Positions 28,685-38,543 of a stretch of DNA of 64,000 nucleotides are shown one piece after another (positions within the stretch are counted from its first letter, which is position 1; each line of letters opens with the position of its first letter). The stretch comes from a virus. Taxonomy: Duplodnaviria; Caudoviricetes. The position numbers were made by a program, and so were the translations under genes. The stretch lies in the IMG/VR virus record IMGVR_UViG_3300036985_003045; one strand, 5' to 3'. A model generated the notes under the pieces. The model was not told the origin of the DNA. It worked only from the letters and a program-made list of their open reading frames with translations, and did no database searches.

Positions 28685-29841
28685 AGTATACCTTCTTCTT
28701 CTAAATAAATTCTAGTGTTTTCAGCATAATCAGGGTTTTCGGGTTGTACATATTCCTGAGTCATTTTAGCATATAAATCTAAAAATCCTGCTTTAGTTTC
28801 ATCATCAAATCTATTTGTGCATAATGTAATTGCTTTAATTTTATCACCAAATATTTTATAAGATTTTGCAATATGAACTAATCGTCTAGTACTTATAATT
28901 TCATCAATTGCACCTTCCATATAAGTTTTTCTAATTACATCTGCCCATTTTACTAATTCATCAATAAAATCTACTTCATCAATTAATGGAGTAAGAATCT
29001 TTTTTTCAGTTTTTGCATCAGGAAATTCTTGTTCAACGGTAATAACGAAACGTTCAAGAAAAGCCCCATCTAATATTTGTGATAAATAATTACCATCTTC
29101 CGAACCTTTACCTTTTGTATTAGCAGTTGCAATTATATTAAAACCTTCTTTTGGGTAAACCATTTCCCCTGTTTTTTTGTTATAATGTCCATTACCTTCT
29201 AGGATTCCTTGTAAACACATTAATTTAGAACCATTACCACGGTCAACTTCATCAATAAGTAATATTGCACCACGTTTCATTGCAGTAAGAACTGGACCAT
29301 CACGAAACACTACATTGCCATCAATTAATGTATTTCCCCCAAGTAAATCTGATTCATCAGTTTCTATACTAATATTAACACGAATACATTCACGTTTTAA
29401 TTGTGCACATACTTGTTCTGCCATTAAAGTTTTACCATTACCTGATAACCCAGTAATAAAAACAGGATAAAATTGTTTTGATTTAATAACTGTAACTAAA
29501 TCTTTATGAAAACCAAAAGGTACGTAATCATTATATATTAAAGGAACTGCTGGAGTAGATTCATCAATCATTTTAGGTTGACGAAAATGCATAACTTGTG
29601 CTGACATATTCATAATAGGCTCATAATTAAGTTGTTCAAATTGTTTCTCTTCTTCCATACTAGGAACTTGATATTGTCCTCTATCTAATCTATATTCGGA
29701 TTTTGATACTAACCAATGTGGGAAAGGTAATCCGGTTTCAGTTATTATTTTTTCTATGTTTTCACGAGTAATAACAGCATTTTTACCATATAATTGTTCA
29801 CATGCTAAAATAAAATTTGTTGTTTTTTTATTAAGTATCAT
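28681..29841 (-). CDS. MoxR/CobS-like AAA+ ATPase
   Basis: GLSGNGKT, LLIDEVD, ATANTKGKGS, AFLERF, ISTRRL. Confidence 0.88.
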   Translation of the reverse strand: MILNKKTTNFILACEQLYGKNAVITRENIEKIITETGLPFPHWLVSKSEYRLDRGQYQVPSMEEEKQFEQLNYEPIMNMSAQVMHFRQPKMIDESTPAVPLIYNDYVPFGFHKDLVTVIKSKQFYPVFITGLSGNGKTLMAEQVCAQLKRECIRVNISIETDESDLLGGNTLIDGNVVFRDGPVLTAMKRGAILLIDEVDRGNGSKLMCLQGILEGNGHYNKKTGEMVYPKEGFNIIATANTKGKGSEDGNYLSQILDGAFLERFVITVEQEFPDAKTEKKILTPLIDEVDFIDELVKWADVIRKTYMEGAIDEIISTRRLVHIAKSYKIFGDKIKAITLCTNRFDDETKAGFLDLYAKMTQEYVQPENPDYAENTRIYLEEEGIL

Positions 29842-29870
29842 AATATATTTCCAAGTTTTGATTACAGACT

Positions 29871-29898
29871 ATTATACTATAAATGATGTTATTGTCAA
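29871..29898 (-). promoter_or_regulatory. Early promoter TTGACA-16-TATAAT
   Basis: TTGACA ataacatcatttatag TATAAT. Confidence 0.7.
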
Positions 29899-30050
29899 TC
29901 TTTTATTTCATCATCATTAATTTTAGTTTCATCAATTATATTTTTAACCAAATCTATATCACAATTTAATAAAGCTGATATATCTTCTTTAGAAATTTGT
30001 TCCGAATTTAATTCTTGTACTTTTTGAATAAAACTATTTATTTTTGACAC
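29895..30050 (-). CDS. Hypothetical protein, 51 aa (GTG start)
   Basis: AGGA RBS; MSKINSFIQKVQELN... Confidence 0.5.
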   Translation of the reverse strand: MSKINSFIQKVQELNSEQISKEDISALLNCDIDLVKNIIDETKINDDEIKD

Positions 30051-30058
30051 TTTATTTC

Positions 30059-31372
30059 CTATTTAATTTTATCAGATGTATCAGCAGTATCTTTATCTTC
30101 TCTTACTTCTAGAAAGATAGGGAGAAATAATGATTCTCCATCTTTCACATTTGTGATTCTAGCATTATACTTCACAGCAATGATTTTGCCATAATAATCG
30201 GATGGTGGTGCGTTTCTTTGTTCATCGGTAAATCCAGAGCCAACATATACCTTCACAACACCATCGGCAGATTCGCAATATAATGAACCTATCATATCAG
30301 CATATTTGCCAGTACCACTCAATACAGAAAGGACTTTTAAATCACAATCTAATTCAGCCTTGAATTTAATTTGTCCCTTTGACCTTTTGTTTTCCCATAA
30401 TGAGTTTGGGTCTTTGAGAATGATTCCTTCAAATCCATCATTAAGATAGTTCTGGAATATCTCTTGAGTTTGTTCTATTGAATGAACATCAAATGTTTCA
30501 ACAATTTGAATCTTATCAATAGGAAATCTATCAGCAAGATATTCTAATCGTCCAAATCTATAATTATAAGGTTGATAACATTTACCAGCAACAAAGTCTT
30601 CATATGGTATTTGGTCCCAAAGAGTAGCAACAACTCTATCTGCTTCTTCTTTTGATATAGTTCCCTTTACTGCTTTGTTTAGGATACCATTACCAGTTTT
30701 CCGGTCAAGATACTGATAATCATTTTCATCCATCACCAGAAGTTCACCATCAAACACAAGGTCTTTACCATATGCCAAGTCAATGAATTCTTGTTCAAGA
30801 CTACCTAGTAATGTAATTTCTTTACCATTCCTAGAACGAAACTCAACAGTACCTTTTAAATCTCTATCAAACTTAACAATGGCATTAAATCTCATACCAT
30901 CTTCTTTCTTTTGAACGATAGCAGGAAATACAATCTTATCAACCAATTTCTGTTCAAATGGAGAACACAACATACAAGGAAACTCAGGTATTAGATTTGG
31001 CCAGACTTTATTGATGGTTGAAGTATTAACACCACACTTCAAATCTTTCTGAATAATACGCTCAATGACCTTGGCATCATCGCTAGAAATACAAGACAAT
31101 ATTTCTTTTAAAACAAAAATAGCATTATTACCAGTAAACATTCTAGTAGATAATTTAGATAAACTATCAATTGCCCACTTTAACTCATAAGGTGAATCCA
31201 TAAGTTCATATTCATATTCAGGAATCTTTCTTTGATAGAACTGGGTGAATGGGTCATTAGCAAGACGACAAACTTCTTTCAGTAGTTCATTGTCTTTGTT
31301 TTTGGTCAACAACTCAATTTTGAAGTTTCTTGAGTTATTTGCTTCAAGTTCATTAAGTATTTGTAGTATCAT
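30059..31372 (-). CDS. gp30: ATP-dependent DNA ligase gp30
   Basis: KEDGMR (KxDG), FDGEL, EGIILK, WENKRSK, LFLPIF..VREDK. Confidence 0.95.
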   Translation of the reverse strand: MILQILNELEANNSRNFKIELLTKNKDNELLKEVCRLANDPFTQFYQRKIPEYEYELMDSPYELKWAIDSLSKLSTRMFTGNNAIFVLKEILSCISSDDAKVIERIIQKDLKCGVNTSTINKVWPNLIPEFPCMLCSPFEQKLVDKIVFPAIVQKKEDGMRFNAIVKFDRDLKGTVEFRSRNGKEITLLGSLEQEFIDLAYGKDLVFDGELLVMDENDYQYLDRKTGNGILNKAVKGTISKEEADRVVATLWDQIPYEDFVAGKCYQPYNYRFGRLEYLADRFPIDKIQIVETFDVHSIEQTQEIFQNYLNDGFEGIILKDPNSLWENKRSKGQIKFKAELDCDLKVLSVLSGTGKYADMIGSLYCESADGVVKVYVGSGFTDEQRNAPPSDYYGKIIAVKYNARITNVKDGESLFLPIFLEVREDKDTADTSDKIK

Positions 31373-31401
31373 TTCTTTGCTCTGTTGATTAATATGTGGC
31401 T

Positions 31402-31429
31402 ATTATATCACCGTCCTTGGTAATGTCAA
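31402..31429 (-). promoter_or_regulatory. Early promoter TTGACA-16-TATAAT (extended -10)
   Basis: TTGACA ttaccaaggacggtga TATAAT. Confidence 0.75.
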
Positions 31430-31435
31430 CATATT

Positions 31436-31621
31436 TTAATCAGAAACTAATTCTAAGATACCATTATTATAAACTTTGCGGGGTTTGTATTCTGGATAAT
31501 TTGCTTTCCAATTTGTAAAAGAATCATCATTTAATTTTAATATTGGCATTGGTGTTCTTTTCAATGTATCCAATAAATCATTGTAATCTTCACATGCTTT
31601 TCCTACAATATAACTTGCCAT
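31436..31621 (-). CDS. Hypothetical protein
   Basis: 61-aa ORF in operon. Confidence 0.55.
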   Translation of the reverse strand: MASYIVGKACEDYNDLLDTLKRTPMPILKLNDDSFTNWKANYPEYKPRKVYNNGILELVSD

Positions 31622-31649
31622 TATAATTCCTTAAATAGAATTATGTATG

Positions 31650-32135
31650 TTAGGCATATTCCCAAGGTTTCCATTTGACCACGGTAAATTCATTATATTC
31701 TATTTCTTCTACTATTCTAAATTTATAACCATTTCTTCTGTTCATACATGGAAGATAAATGTCACCTTCTGCTGGAAAGTTTAAGGTGGATATAATTGTA
31801 CAATCTGTAAGTGGCATAAACAATTTGTAAATTTCTGCACCACCACAAACCATATATTCTTTATCTGGATTTTGTTCGTATTCATATAGAAAGTTATCCA
31901 TAGACATTGTTTCAAATCCATCCAGTTTATACTGTTTGTTTCTTGATAGGACTATAGAATCTCTTCCTGGAAGTTTACCAACAGATTCAGCGGTAGTTCT
32001 GCCCATTATGAGAGTTTTACCCATTGTTTCAGCTTTGAAAAACTTTAACTCTTCTGAACAATGCCAAGGCATCTTATTGGTTTTTGAATCACCCATTACA
32101 TAATTGGATGAACGTGCTGCAATTAACGTTATCAT
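31650..32135 (-). CDS. frd: Dihydrofolate reductase
   Basis: LIAA, MPWH, FKAETMGK.LIMGRTT, LPGR..IVLSR, GGAEIY. Confidence 0.93.
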   Translation of the reverse strand: MITLIAARSSNYVMGDSKTNKMPWHCSEELKFFKAETMGKTLIMGRTTAESVGKLPGRDSIVLSRNKQYKLDGFETMSMDNFLYEYEQNPDKEYMVCGGAEIYKLFMPLTDCTIISTLNFPAEGDIYLPCMNRRNGYKFRIVEEIEYNEFTVVKWKPWEYA

Positions 32136-33118
32136 ATTGCTATTGGTGCTTTAATAGTTGGGTGATAATTGTATTTTTGTAAGTCATAAGATTCAATAGT
32201 GAAATCATCAATAGAATGATACTTTCTATCAATGACCAACTTAGGCAATTTGTATTCATATAAATCTCTACTCAATAGTTCATTAGCTTGTTCAATATGG
32301 TTCTTGTATAGATGCACATCACCAAAAGAGATATGTAATCTATCAGGAATCATATCCACAACATTAGCAATCATTTCTGTTAATAATGCATATGAAGCAA
32401 TGTTAAAGGGTAATCCCAAAAAGGTATCACAACTTCTCTGATATAAATGACAAGATAAAGCATATCTTGGTGTTTTCATATCATCCATTATCTTGTGATA
32501 TTCTTCTTCATAATATTCAGATGGTTGAATATCAGATGGACAATATTTGGTTCTTTCAAAAAATGATAACTTCCTAACACCAAATTGAAAGAACGCATGA
32601 CAAGGTGCTAATGCCATTCTATCATTAATAACATTTTCTTGTGGTGACCAGTGTTCATAGGGTATATCAGCAACATTCCAAGCAGATACAATATGTCTAC
32701 GACTAAATGGTCTTTCTATTAATCCTTCAATAAGATTATCAATTTGGTCAACATTAGATTCACCATCACACCACCACTTTCTCCATTGGTATCCATAGAT
32801 TGGTCCAAGGTCTCCATCTTCATCAGCCCATTCTTCCCAAATGGTTGGTTTATCATTACCATTCATTCTTCTTAATTGTTCATTATCTGTAGAACCAGAT
32901 AAGAACCAAAGTAACTCATTAGCCACCAATTTGAATGGAGTAAACTTTCCTGGTAGTAATGGAAATCCTTTCTTTAAGTCAAACTCAAGATGCTTACCGA
33001 ATAGACTTAAAGTTCCAGTACCAGTTCTATCATCTGAATCATTACCGTCTGCTAATAGTTCCTCAAGCAAACTATAGTAACGGTCCATAGGTCTATCCAT
33101 TGGTTCTATATCGTTCAA
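32132..33118 (-). CDS. td: Thymidylate synthase (ThyA type), no intron
   Basis: DRTGTGT, LGPIYGYQWR, LAPCH, YQRSCD.FLGLPFNIASY, GDVHLY. Confidence 0.97.
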   Translation of the reverse strand: MNDIEPMDRPMDRYYSLLEELLADGNDSDDRTGTGTLSLFGKHLEFDLKKGFPLLPGKFTPFKLVANELLWFLSGSTDNEQLRRMNGNDKPTIWEEWADEDGDLGPIYGYQWRKWWCDGESNVDQIDNLIEGLIERPFSRRHIVSAWNVADIPYEHWSPQENVINDRMALAPCHAFFQFGVRKLSFFERTKYCPSDIQPSEYYEEEYHKIMDDMKTPRYALSCHLYQRSCDTFLGLPFNIASYALLTEMIANVVDMIPDRLHISFGDVHLYKNHIEQANELLSRDLYEYKLPKLVIDRKYHSIDDFTIESYDLQKYNYHPTIKAPIAI

Positions 33119-33546
33119 AGTATTCCACCAAACTCAGTTATTATAGTGAACCCTGTGAGTGCAATATTCAACACTACAGAGAAGATAAAAATATCGTGTT
33201 TTATATCTGAGAATAGTTTCTTTTTAGCTTCTACTAATGCGTAATATAAAGAAGTATTTTTTTCTGACATATTATACAATTCTTCATCTTTTTGTCTTAG
33301 AATTTCCTCTAATGAAATATTTTGATTATTCATGCTATCAAGTAAACCTTGGTATTTAATATGAATTTCTTCAATTTCTTTTTGCTTAAGGATAATCGTG
33401 CTATTTCTTTCTTGAATAATATCAAGTCTAGAGGCAGCAAGGTCTTCTAACAATAATCTTTCTGATTCAAATAAGGAATACGAAACCCATTCTCCAGTTT
33501 TAGATTCTTTCATATTACCGAATAGCCCATTAGTATATCTTATCAT
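33115..33546 (-). CDS. Coiled-coil protein with C-terminal TM (paralog 1)
   Basis: MIRY...MKESKTGEWVSY, coiled coil, hydrophobic C-terminus. Confidence 0.6.
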   Translation of the reverse strand: MIRYTNGLFGNMKESKTGEWVSYSLFESERLLLEDLAASRLDIIQERNSTIILKQKEIEEIHIKYQGLLDSMNNQNISLEEILRQKDEELYNMSEKNTSLYYALVEAKKKLFSDIKHDIFIFSVVLNIALTGFTIITEFGGIL

Positions 33547-33845
33547 ATTTTTCCCATCATAGTCAATGCAACAATTGCTATTGTGATGAAATTTAAGGTA
33601 GATGAAATAACTAATAAAACAAATAGTTTAATACCTCTAAGTCTTGAATCTTCTAAATCATCACCAAATTCTTGACAAGTTTTTTTTAGATATTCAATTT
33701 CTTCATTGCGTTCTTTAATAACATTAAATAGCACATCAGCATTATGGTTAATTGTTTCGTCAGCTTCTTCATGTTTAACCCATTCACCAGTTTCACATTC
33801 AAACATTGTACCCATACCATTAAATCTTTGTTTATACCTTTTCAT
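33543..33845 (-). CDS. Coiled-coil protein with C-terminal TM (paralog 2)
   Basis: MKRY...MFECETGEWVKH, hydrophobic C-terminus. Confidence 0.6.
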   Translation of the reverse strand: MKRYKQRFNGMGTMFECETGEWVKHEEADETINHNADVLFNVIKERNEEIEYLKKTCQEFGDDLEDSRLRGIKLFVLLVISSTLNFITIAIVALTMMGKI

Positions 33846-33847
33846 TT

Positions 33848-34051
33848 TTACTCCATTGATTTCATTTCTGATAAATTATATATTTTATCTTTAACAAATA
33901 TCATCATTCCAATGTTTGTCATATGTAATTTATAATATTCAGTATTAATATGTTGATAAACACTAAAACCTGTGATAACTGAACCCATTATAAAACCAAT
34001 GATGCTAGATACAATTATTACTTTTAAATTATTTATTTTTTGAGTTGTCAT
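33848..34051 (-). CDS. Small membrane protein
   Basis: N-terminal TM helix. Confidence 0.55.
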   Translation of the reverse strand: MTTQKINNLKVIIVSSIIGFIMGSVITGFSVYQHINTEYYKLHMTNIGMMIFVKDKIYNLSEMKSME

Positions 34052-34064
34052 AATATATATACCC

Positions 34065-34334
34065 CTAAATCCAAGTAAACAAGAAAGACATTAATCCACC
34101 AAAAATGATGGCAGACATTATAATAACAGCAGTTCTTAAATTATCCACAGTTTTATTTTCTGATTTTAAATATTGATATTTTTGTATTTCTTCGGAAAAT
34201 CTATTATAAGCTTTTTCTATTTCTTTATTATGGGTAAGTTCACTAAGGTTGTAGTCTTCAAAAGTTACCCAATATCCATCCACACATTCTTCCATTTCTT
34301 TAGGTAAATCTTTATGGTTAAATCTTCTAATCAT
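34065..34334 (-). CDS. Coiled-coil protein with C-terminal TM (paralog 3)
   Basis: MIRRF...MEECVDGYWVTF, hydrophobic C-terminus. Confidence 0.6.
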   Translation of the reverse strand: MIRRFNHKDLPKEMEECVDGYWVTFEDYNLSELTHNKEIEKAYNRFSEEIQKYQYLKSENKTVDNLRTAVIIMSAIIFGGLMSFLFTWI

Positions 34335-34516
34335 TTAAGTCTCCAATAATCTTCATCACACAAAACAACATTTATAATTTTAATCATTTCTTCTCTTTGC
34401 AATACCAATTTATCTTTAGCATTTTCTGGTGAGGATGCTTCAAGGAAAGCAAAATTATTTTGTATTGTATCACCTGCAATAATTTGATATTCAATCATAT
34501 ATTCATTATACGACAT
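34331..34516 (-). CDS. Hypothetical protein
   Basis: 61-aa ORF in operon. Confidence 0.55.
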   Translation of the reverse strand: MSYNEYMIEYQIIAGDTIQNNFAFLEASSPENAKDKLVLQREEMIKIINVVLCDEDYWRLK

Positions 34517-34689
34517 TATTTCTTCCTTTTGATTTGTGGTTTTCGTTTAGGTTTTGGTATACCAGTTAAACATTCACAAGCTTCTGGTTTAACTTTACAT
34601 TTATTTCTAGTAGAACATATCTCAAGAAGTCTAAACAATTGCGATTCTGGAATAGTATATACATTTTCTTCGGTCATAATCTCTCTCAT
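34516..34689 (-). CDS. Hypothetical protein, 57 aa
   Basis: Own translation MREIMTEENVYTIP...; first gene after an early promoter. Confidence 0.5.
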   Translation of the reverse strand: MREIMTEENVYTIPESQLFRLLEICSTRNKCKVKPEACECLTGIPKPKRKPQIKRKK

Positions 34690-34707
34690 TTAAAATTATA
34701 TAGGATT

Positions 34708-34735
34708 ATTATATCACAAAAAGAATACTTGTCAA
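34708..34735 (-). promoter_or_regulatory. Early promoter TTGACA-16-TATAAT (extended -10)
   Basis: TTGACA agtattctttttgtga TATAAT. Confidence 0.75.
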
Positions 34736-34767
34736 GATATTTCGACTAAGTATTAATACTGATTTTT

Positions 34768-34775
34768 TATAAATA
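34768..34775 (+). promoter_or_regulatory. T4-type late promoter for the curli operon
   Basis: Exact TATAAATA followed by AAGGAGG RBS and ATG at 34794. Confidence 0.8.
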
Positions 34776-34793
34776 GTAGTATAAGGAGGGGTT

Positions 34794-35090
34794 ATGGATA
34801 TTGGAATACCTAATTTTGATTTTTTTGGTTTGGTACAGCAATGTGGATTTCCCATAGCTTTGGCTGTTGTATGTGGTTGGTTTATTATGCAAGCCATAGA
34901 ACTGGTGTTAGGTTCAGTTGTTAAATCTATTAAAAAACTGACAGGATTACTTCGGTCTATGGATGGTAGAGTTAGTCAAATGAACGTTGATATACTTGAT
35001 TTGGATGACCTGGTATCCCAATCATTAATAGTAGAATCTTTACCTAAAAAGATACATCATCAGGTGCATCAAGAAATGAACAAGTCATGA
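34794..35090 (+). CDS. TM plus coiled-coil protein (YvrJ/holin-like) 1
   Basis: GFPIALAVVCGWFI helix then coiled coil. Confidence 0.6.
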   Translation: MDIGIPNFDFFGLVQQCGFPIALAVVCGWFIMQAIELVLGSVVKSIKKLTGLLRSMDGRVSQMNVDILDLDDLVSQSLIVESLPKKIHHQVHQEMNKS

Positions 35091-35371
35091 ATCCGGAATA
35101 TGTAAAGTTTTTTTCGGATGTATTAACTCCAATATTAGCATCTTGTGTTTTGGGTAGTTTTATATTCACAGCACTTAAGTTTGTTTTGGGTGATGTTATA
35201 ACTTCGGTTAGAACACTGGCATCAATTGTAATGGCTCTGGAGAATAGAGTTAAAACTTGTTCTCACGAACTTATTAAGATTGATGTTACTATATCATCTG
35301 TACTAGGACTTAGACCAGATTTGGATAGAATATCCAGAATGGATGGTAAGAATGATGCTAGGAGAGATTAA
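35087..35371 (+). CDS. TM plus coiled-coil protein 2
   Basis: Hydrophobic helix; LENRVK...RISRMDGKNDARRD. Confidence 0.6.
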   Translation: MNPEYVKFFSDVLTPILASCVLGSFIFTALKFVLGDVITSVRTLASIVMALENRVKTCSHELIKIDVTISSVLGLRPDLDRISRMDGKNDARRD

Positions 35372-35634
35372 TGGATGTTACAGAAATAGGTAATCTCATA
35401 CAACAATATGGATTTCCAATTGTTGCGGCTGGATACATGTTAAAGATGGTAAAATATGTTTGGTCATTTACTATTGAACAGATTAATCCAGTATTAGGTG
35501 AAGCTTCAAAAGAATTGATTACTTTAATTGATAGAATACGATTATTGGATAATGATTTATTGAGACTTACTGCGAAATTGAATACCGTATTGCAGATGCG
35601 TGAAAATGCTCAGAAACAAAAGAATGAAAAATGA
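35371..35634 (+). CDS. TM plus coiled-coil protein (YvrJ/holin-like) 3
   Basis: QQYGFPIVAA, LIDRIRLLDNDL. Confidence 0.6.
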   Translation: MDVTEIGNLIQQYGFPIVAAGYMLKMVKYVWSFTIEQINPVLGEASKELITLIDRIRLLDNDLLRLTAKLNTVLQMRENAQKQKNEK

Positions 35635-36062
35635 AAACTATAATCTTATTACTGTTTATGTTCAGCAATGTCCAAGCAGAACAAAGTTTTTCGTTTAAAT
35701 CTCCAGCATTTAGTGGTATAGGATATTCTTCACATGTTCAAACAATAGAAAATACTGAAACTACTAGAAAACAAGCATTAGAGGCACAGAAATTACAAGA
35801 TGCCAAGGATGCTTCAGCATTAGCTAAGAACACTAATCTTAATAAGTTTCTGAATAACTTTGAAAGTCGTGTTTATGCTCAATTATCAACTCAATTGATT
35901 AACAACTTATTTGGTGAAAATCCAAAGAATAGTGGAACAGTTCAGATTGAAGGTAATACTATAACGTATACCAAGACAGCTGACCAAATATCAATGACTA
36001 TTACTGGTGCAGATGGTAATGTAACACAAGTAATAATACCTGTCGGTAGTTTTACATTCTAA
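35631..36062 (+). CDS. csgF: Curli assembly component CsgF-like
   Basis: Signal peptide; FSFKSPAFSG, NNFESRVYAQLS.QL...LFGE. Confidence 0.75.
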   Translation: MKTIILLLFMFSNVQAEQSFSFKSPAFSGIGYSSHVQTIENTETTRKQALEAQKLQDAKDASALAKNTNLNKFLNNFESRVYAQLSTQLINNLFGENPKNSGTVQIEGNTITYTKTADQISMTITGADGNVTQVIIPVGSFTF

Positions 36063-36850
36063 TGCGTATTATAGTATTATGCCTATTATTAACAGGATGT
36101 TCTGGTGGTATATTAACTCCCTTTAATGTATTCACTAATGAACCAGAAGTATTAGCAATAAATGAGAAACGAGAAACAATTCTACCTGCCCCTAAAGATG
36201 GTAAAGTAGTTGTTGCGGTATATTCATTTTTGGATAAGACAGGTCAAAGAAAAGATTCTGCTACTATTGCAAAATTATCATCTGCTGTAACACAAGGGGG
36301 TGAATCTATATTATTAAAATCATTGGAGGATGCTGGTGATGGTATGTGGTTTAGGGTTGTTGAACGAGTTGGTTTAGATAATTTATTAAAAGAACGACAA
36401 TTGATTCGTTCAGCGAGAGATGAAGCAAAGGATGATAAACAAATAGGTTCGATTCTTTATGCTGGTATGATACTTGAAGGTGCAATAGTATCATATGATA
36501 CCAATATCAGAACTGGTGGTATTGGATTAAGATATATGGGAATAGGACCCGATACACAATATCAGGAAGATATGGTAACTGTATCATTGAGAGCTATTAG
36601 TACACAAACTGGTGAGGTATTACTCACTATTAATGTACAGAAAACAATATTGAGTTATACAGTAGGTGTTGCTGTATTTAAGTTTTTTGATATGGGAACA
36701 CAATCATTCGAAAATGAAGTTGGTGCTACTAAGACTGAGGCAGGAATATATGCATTGAAATCGGCATTAGATTTAGCAGTTGAAGAATTAATTATTAAAG
36801 GTGAAAGAAAAAGATTATGGAAATTTTCAAAAACTTTTAGGAATAATTAA
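36062..36850 (+). CDS. csgG: Curli secretion channel CsgG (lipoprotein)
   Basis: Lipobox LTGC; VAVYSFLDKTGQRK, WFRVVERVGLDNLLKERQLIR, EGAIVSYD. Confidence 0.92.
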   Translation: MRIIVLCLLLTGCSGGILTPFNVFTNEPEVLAINEKRETILPAPKDGKVVVAVYSFLDKTGQRKDSATIAKLSSAVTQGGESILLKSLEDAGDGMWFRVVERVGLDNLLKERQLIRSARDEAKDDKQIGSILYAGMILEGAIVSYDTNIRTGGIGLRYMGIGPDTQYQEDMVTVSLRAISTQTGEVLLTINVQKTILSYTVGVAVFKFFDMGTQSFENEVGATKTEAGIYALKSALDLAVEELIIKGERKRLWKFSKTFRNN

Positions 36851-37561
36851 ATGAACATCATAAGAAATCTATTACTGTTTGTTATGCTTACAGTAATAAA
36901 TCAATCATCAATAGGAGATAGTGGTGGAAATTCTGTATACATTGACCAGACTAATGCAGATAACTCTACTGTAAATATTACACAAACAGGTGCAAATAAT
37001 ACTGTAGGGGACCCAGATTCTATTGGTTCACCATCTTTTCAAATAGAAGGCAACTCTATGTTGTTTACTATTATTCAAGATGGTATGAACAATGCTATAA
37101 CAGGTAATCTTATTGGTGGTGGAGCAACTGCTGATATTACTCAAACTGGTAATAGCAACTCTACTGATTTAAATATGGGCAATATGGGTACTGGTTCAGG
37201 TACTTTAAGTTTGGATTTAACAGGTAGTAATAATACAACTAATCTTAATATTGGATTATTGCATGATTCTGGAAACTATTCATATCTTTCAACTATTACT
37301 GGTAGTAATAACATTTTAACTAGCACTATTAATAGTAAATACACTGAGAATACTTTTATAGTAACGGGGTCTGGTAATGCAATCACAACTACTCAATCTG
37401 GTGCTAATGGCACTAATCTTATTGCTGGTAATAATATCGCCATATCCAATATTGGAAGCAATAATACCATAGGGATTAGCCAAGATGGAACAACGAATCC
37501 AAATTCGGCTATTGTCAATCTTACTGGTGATAATGCTATTGTTAATATCGAGCAACATTAA
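36851..37561 (+). CDS. Curlin-repeat protein (CsgA/CsgB-like)
   Basis: Signal peptide; repeated I.QxGxxN units; Asn/Gly/Ser/Thr-rich. Confidence 0.7.
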   Translation: MNIIRNLLLFVMLTVINQSSIGDSGGNSVYIDQTNADNSTVNITQTGANNTVGDPDSIGSPSFQIEGNSMLFTIIQDGMNNAITGNLIGGGATADITQTGNSNSTDLNMGNMGTGSGTLSLDLTGSNNTTNLNIGLLHDSGNYSYLSTITGSNNILTSTINSKYTENTFIVTGSGNAITTTQSGANGTNLIAGNNIAISNIGSNNTIGISQDGTTNPNSAIVNLTGDNAIVNIEQH

Positions 37562-38543
37562 GGCTGGTATAGGTTCAATAACAGAACATAAAGGTAATGC
37601 TTCTATTACAAGAGAGAAATCAGTATTAGAAGCAAAGAAGGATTCAAGTATTGATTCTATGGATACCATTGAAACTGGTAAAGGTGAAGTGGGTATATCT
37701 TTTGAGGATGATACTCAAGTAAAGGTAACAGAAAATAGTAAATTGGTTATAGATGATTTTGTCTATGACCCCAATAATAAAAGTGTTGGTAAATTGGCAT
37801 TGAAATGTGCTATAGGTACTGTAAGATATGCTTCAGGTAATATAGCACATGCTAATGCCAAGAATGTTGCTATCAATACACCTACAGCAACCATAGCAGT
37901 ACGGGGTACAGCATTTACCATGACTGTAGATGAAATTGGTCAGTCAATGATTATATTACTTCCAAATTTAGATGGGAGTGTTGGTGAGATTGAAGTTAGA
38001 ACTGCTATAGGTTCTGTTGTATTGAATCAAGCATTTCAAGCAACAGTAACGACTTCAAATGAAATTAAACCAACGAAACCAGTGGTGTTATTGATTAATG
38101 AATCAGCTATTACTAATATGATGATAGTAAAACCACCAAAAGAGATTACACAAAAACTAATTGAGGATAACAAATCAGGTTCAGCATTAGATTTTAATGG
38201 ATTAGATAAAGATGCATTATCAGTAAGAGTTTTTATAGACCCATTTGCAAAATTTAATGAATTAAGTGTTGATGCATTATTGATAGATTATTTAATAAAT
38301 GCTTTAGAAGATGCATTTTCAGTAGGTACATTTGCTGCTGGATATAATTCACAGAATCAAGTTTATATATTTGATAAGCAAACAAATTGGCAAGTCCAAC
38401 GAACAGTGAAACAAAGTGCTACATTATTACTTAACAAAGACCGTGGTTACAATATAACATTAGTACAAGATGGGACAACAGTGAAATTACAAAGTGCAGA
38501 TACAACCACTAATAATATTTCAATAAAACAAGGAGCAAACTAA
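37485..38543 (+). CDS. FecR-domain protein
   Basis: IGSITE.KG, D.IETG.G, F.DDT.V.VTENSKL.ID, TPTATIAVRGT; true start may be 37533. Confidence 0.85.
   Translation: MEQRIQIRLLSILLVIMLLLISSNIKAGIGSITEHKGNASITREKSVLEAKKDSSIDSMDTIETGKGEVGISFEDDTQVKVTENSKLVIDDFVYDPNNKSVGKLALKCAIGTVRYASGNIAHANAKNVAINTPTATIAVRGTAFTMTVDEIGQSMIILLPNLDGSVGEIEVRTAIGSVVLNQAFQATVTTSNEIKPTKPVVLLINESAITNMMIVKPPKEITQKLIEDNKSGSALDFNGLDKDALSVRVFIDPFAKFNELSVDALLIDYLINALEDAFSVGTFAAGYNSQNQVYIFDKQTNWQVQRTVKQSATLLLNKDRGYNITLVQDGTTVKLQSADTTTNNISIKQGAN

Noticed and set aside
32132-33118. Group I intron in thymidylate synthase as in T4 td
   Set aside because: The ORF is continuous with all motifs; the short insertion is in-frame protein sequence
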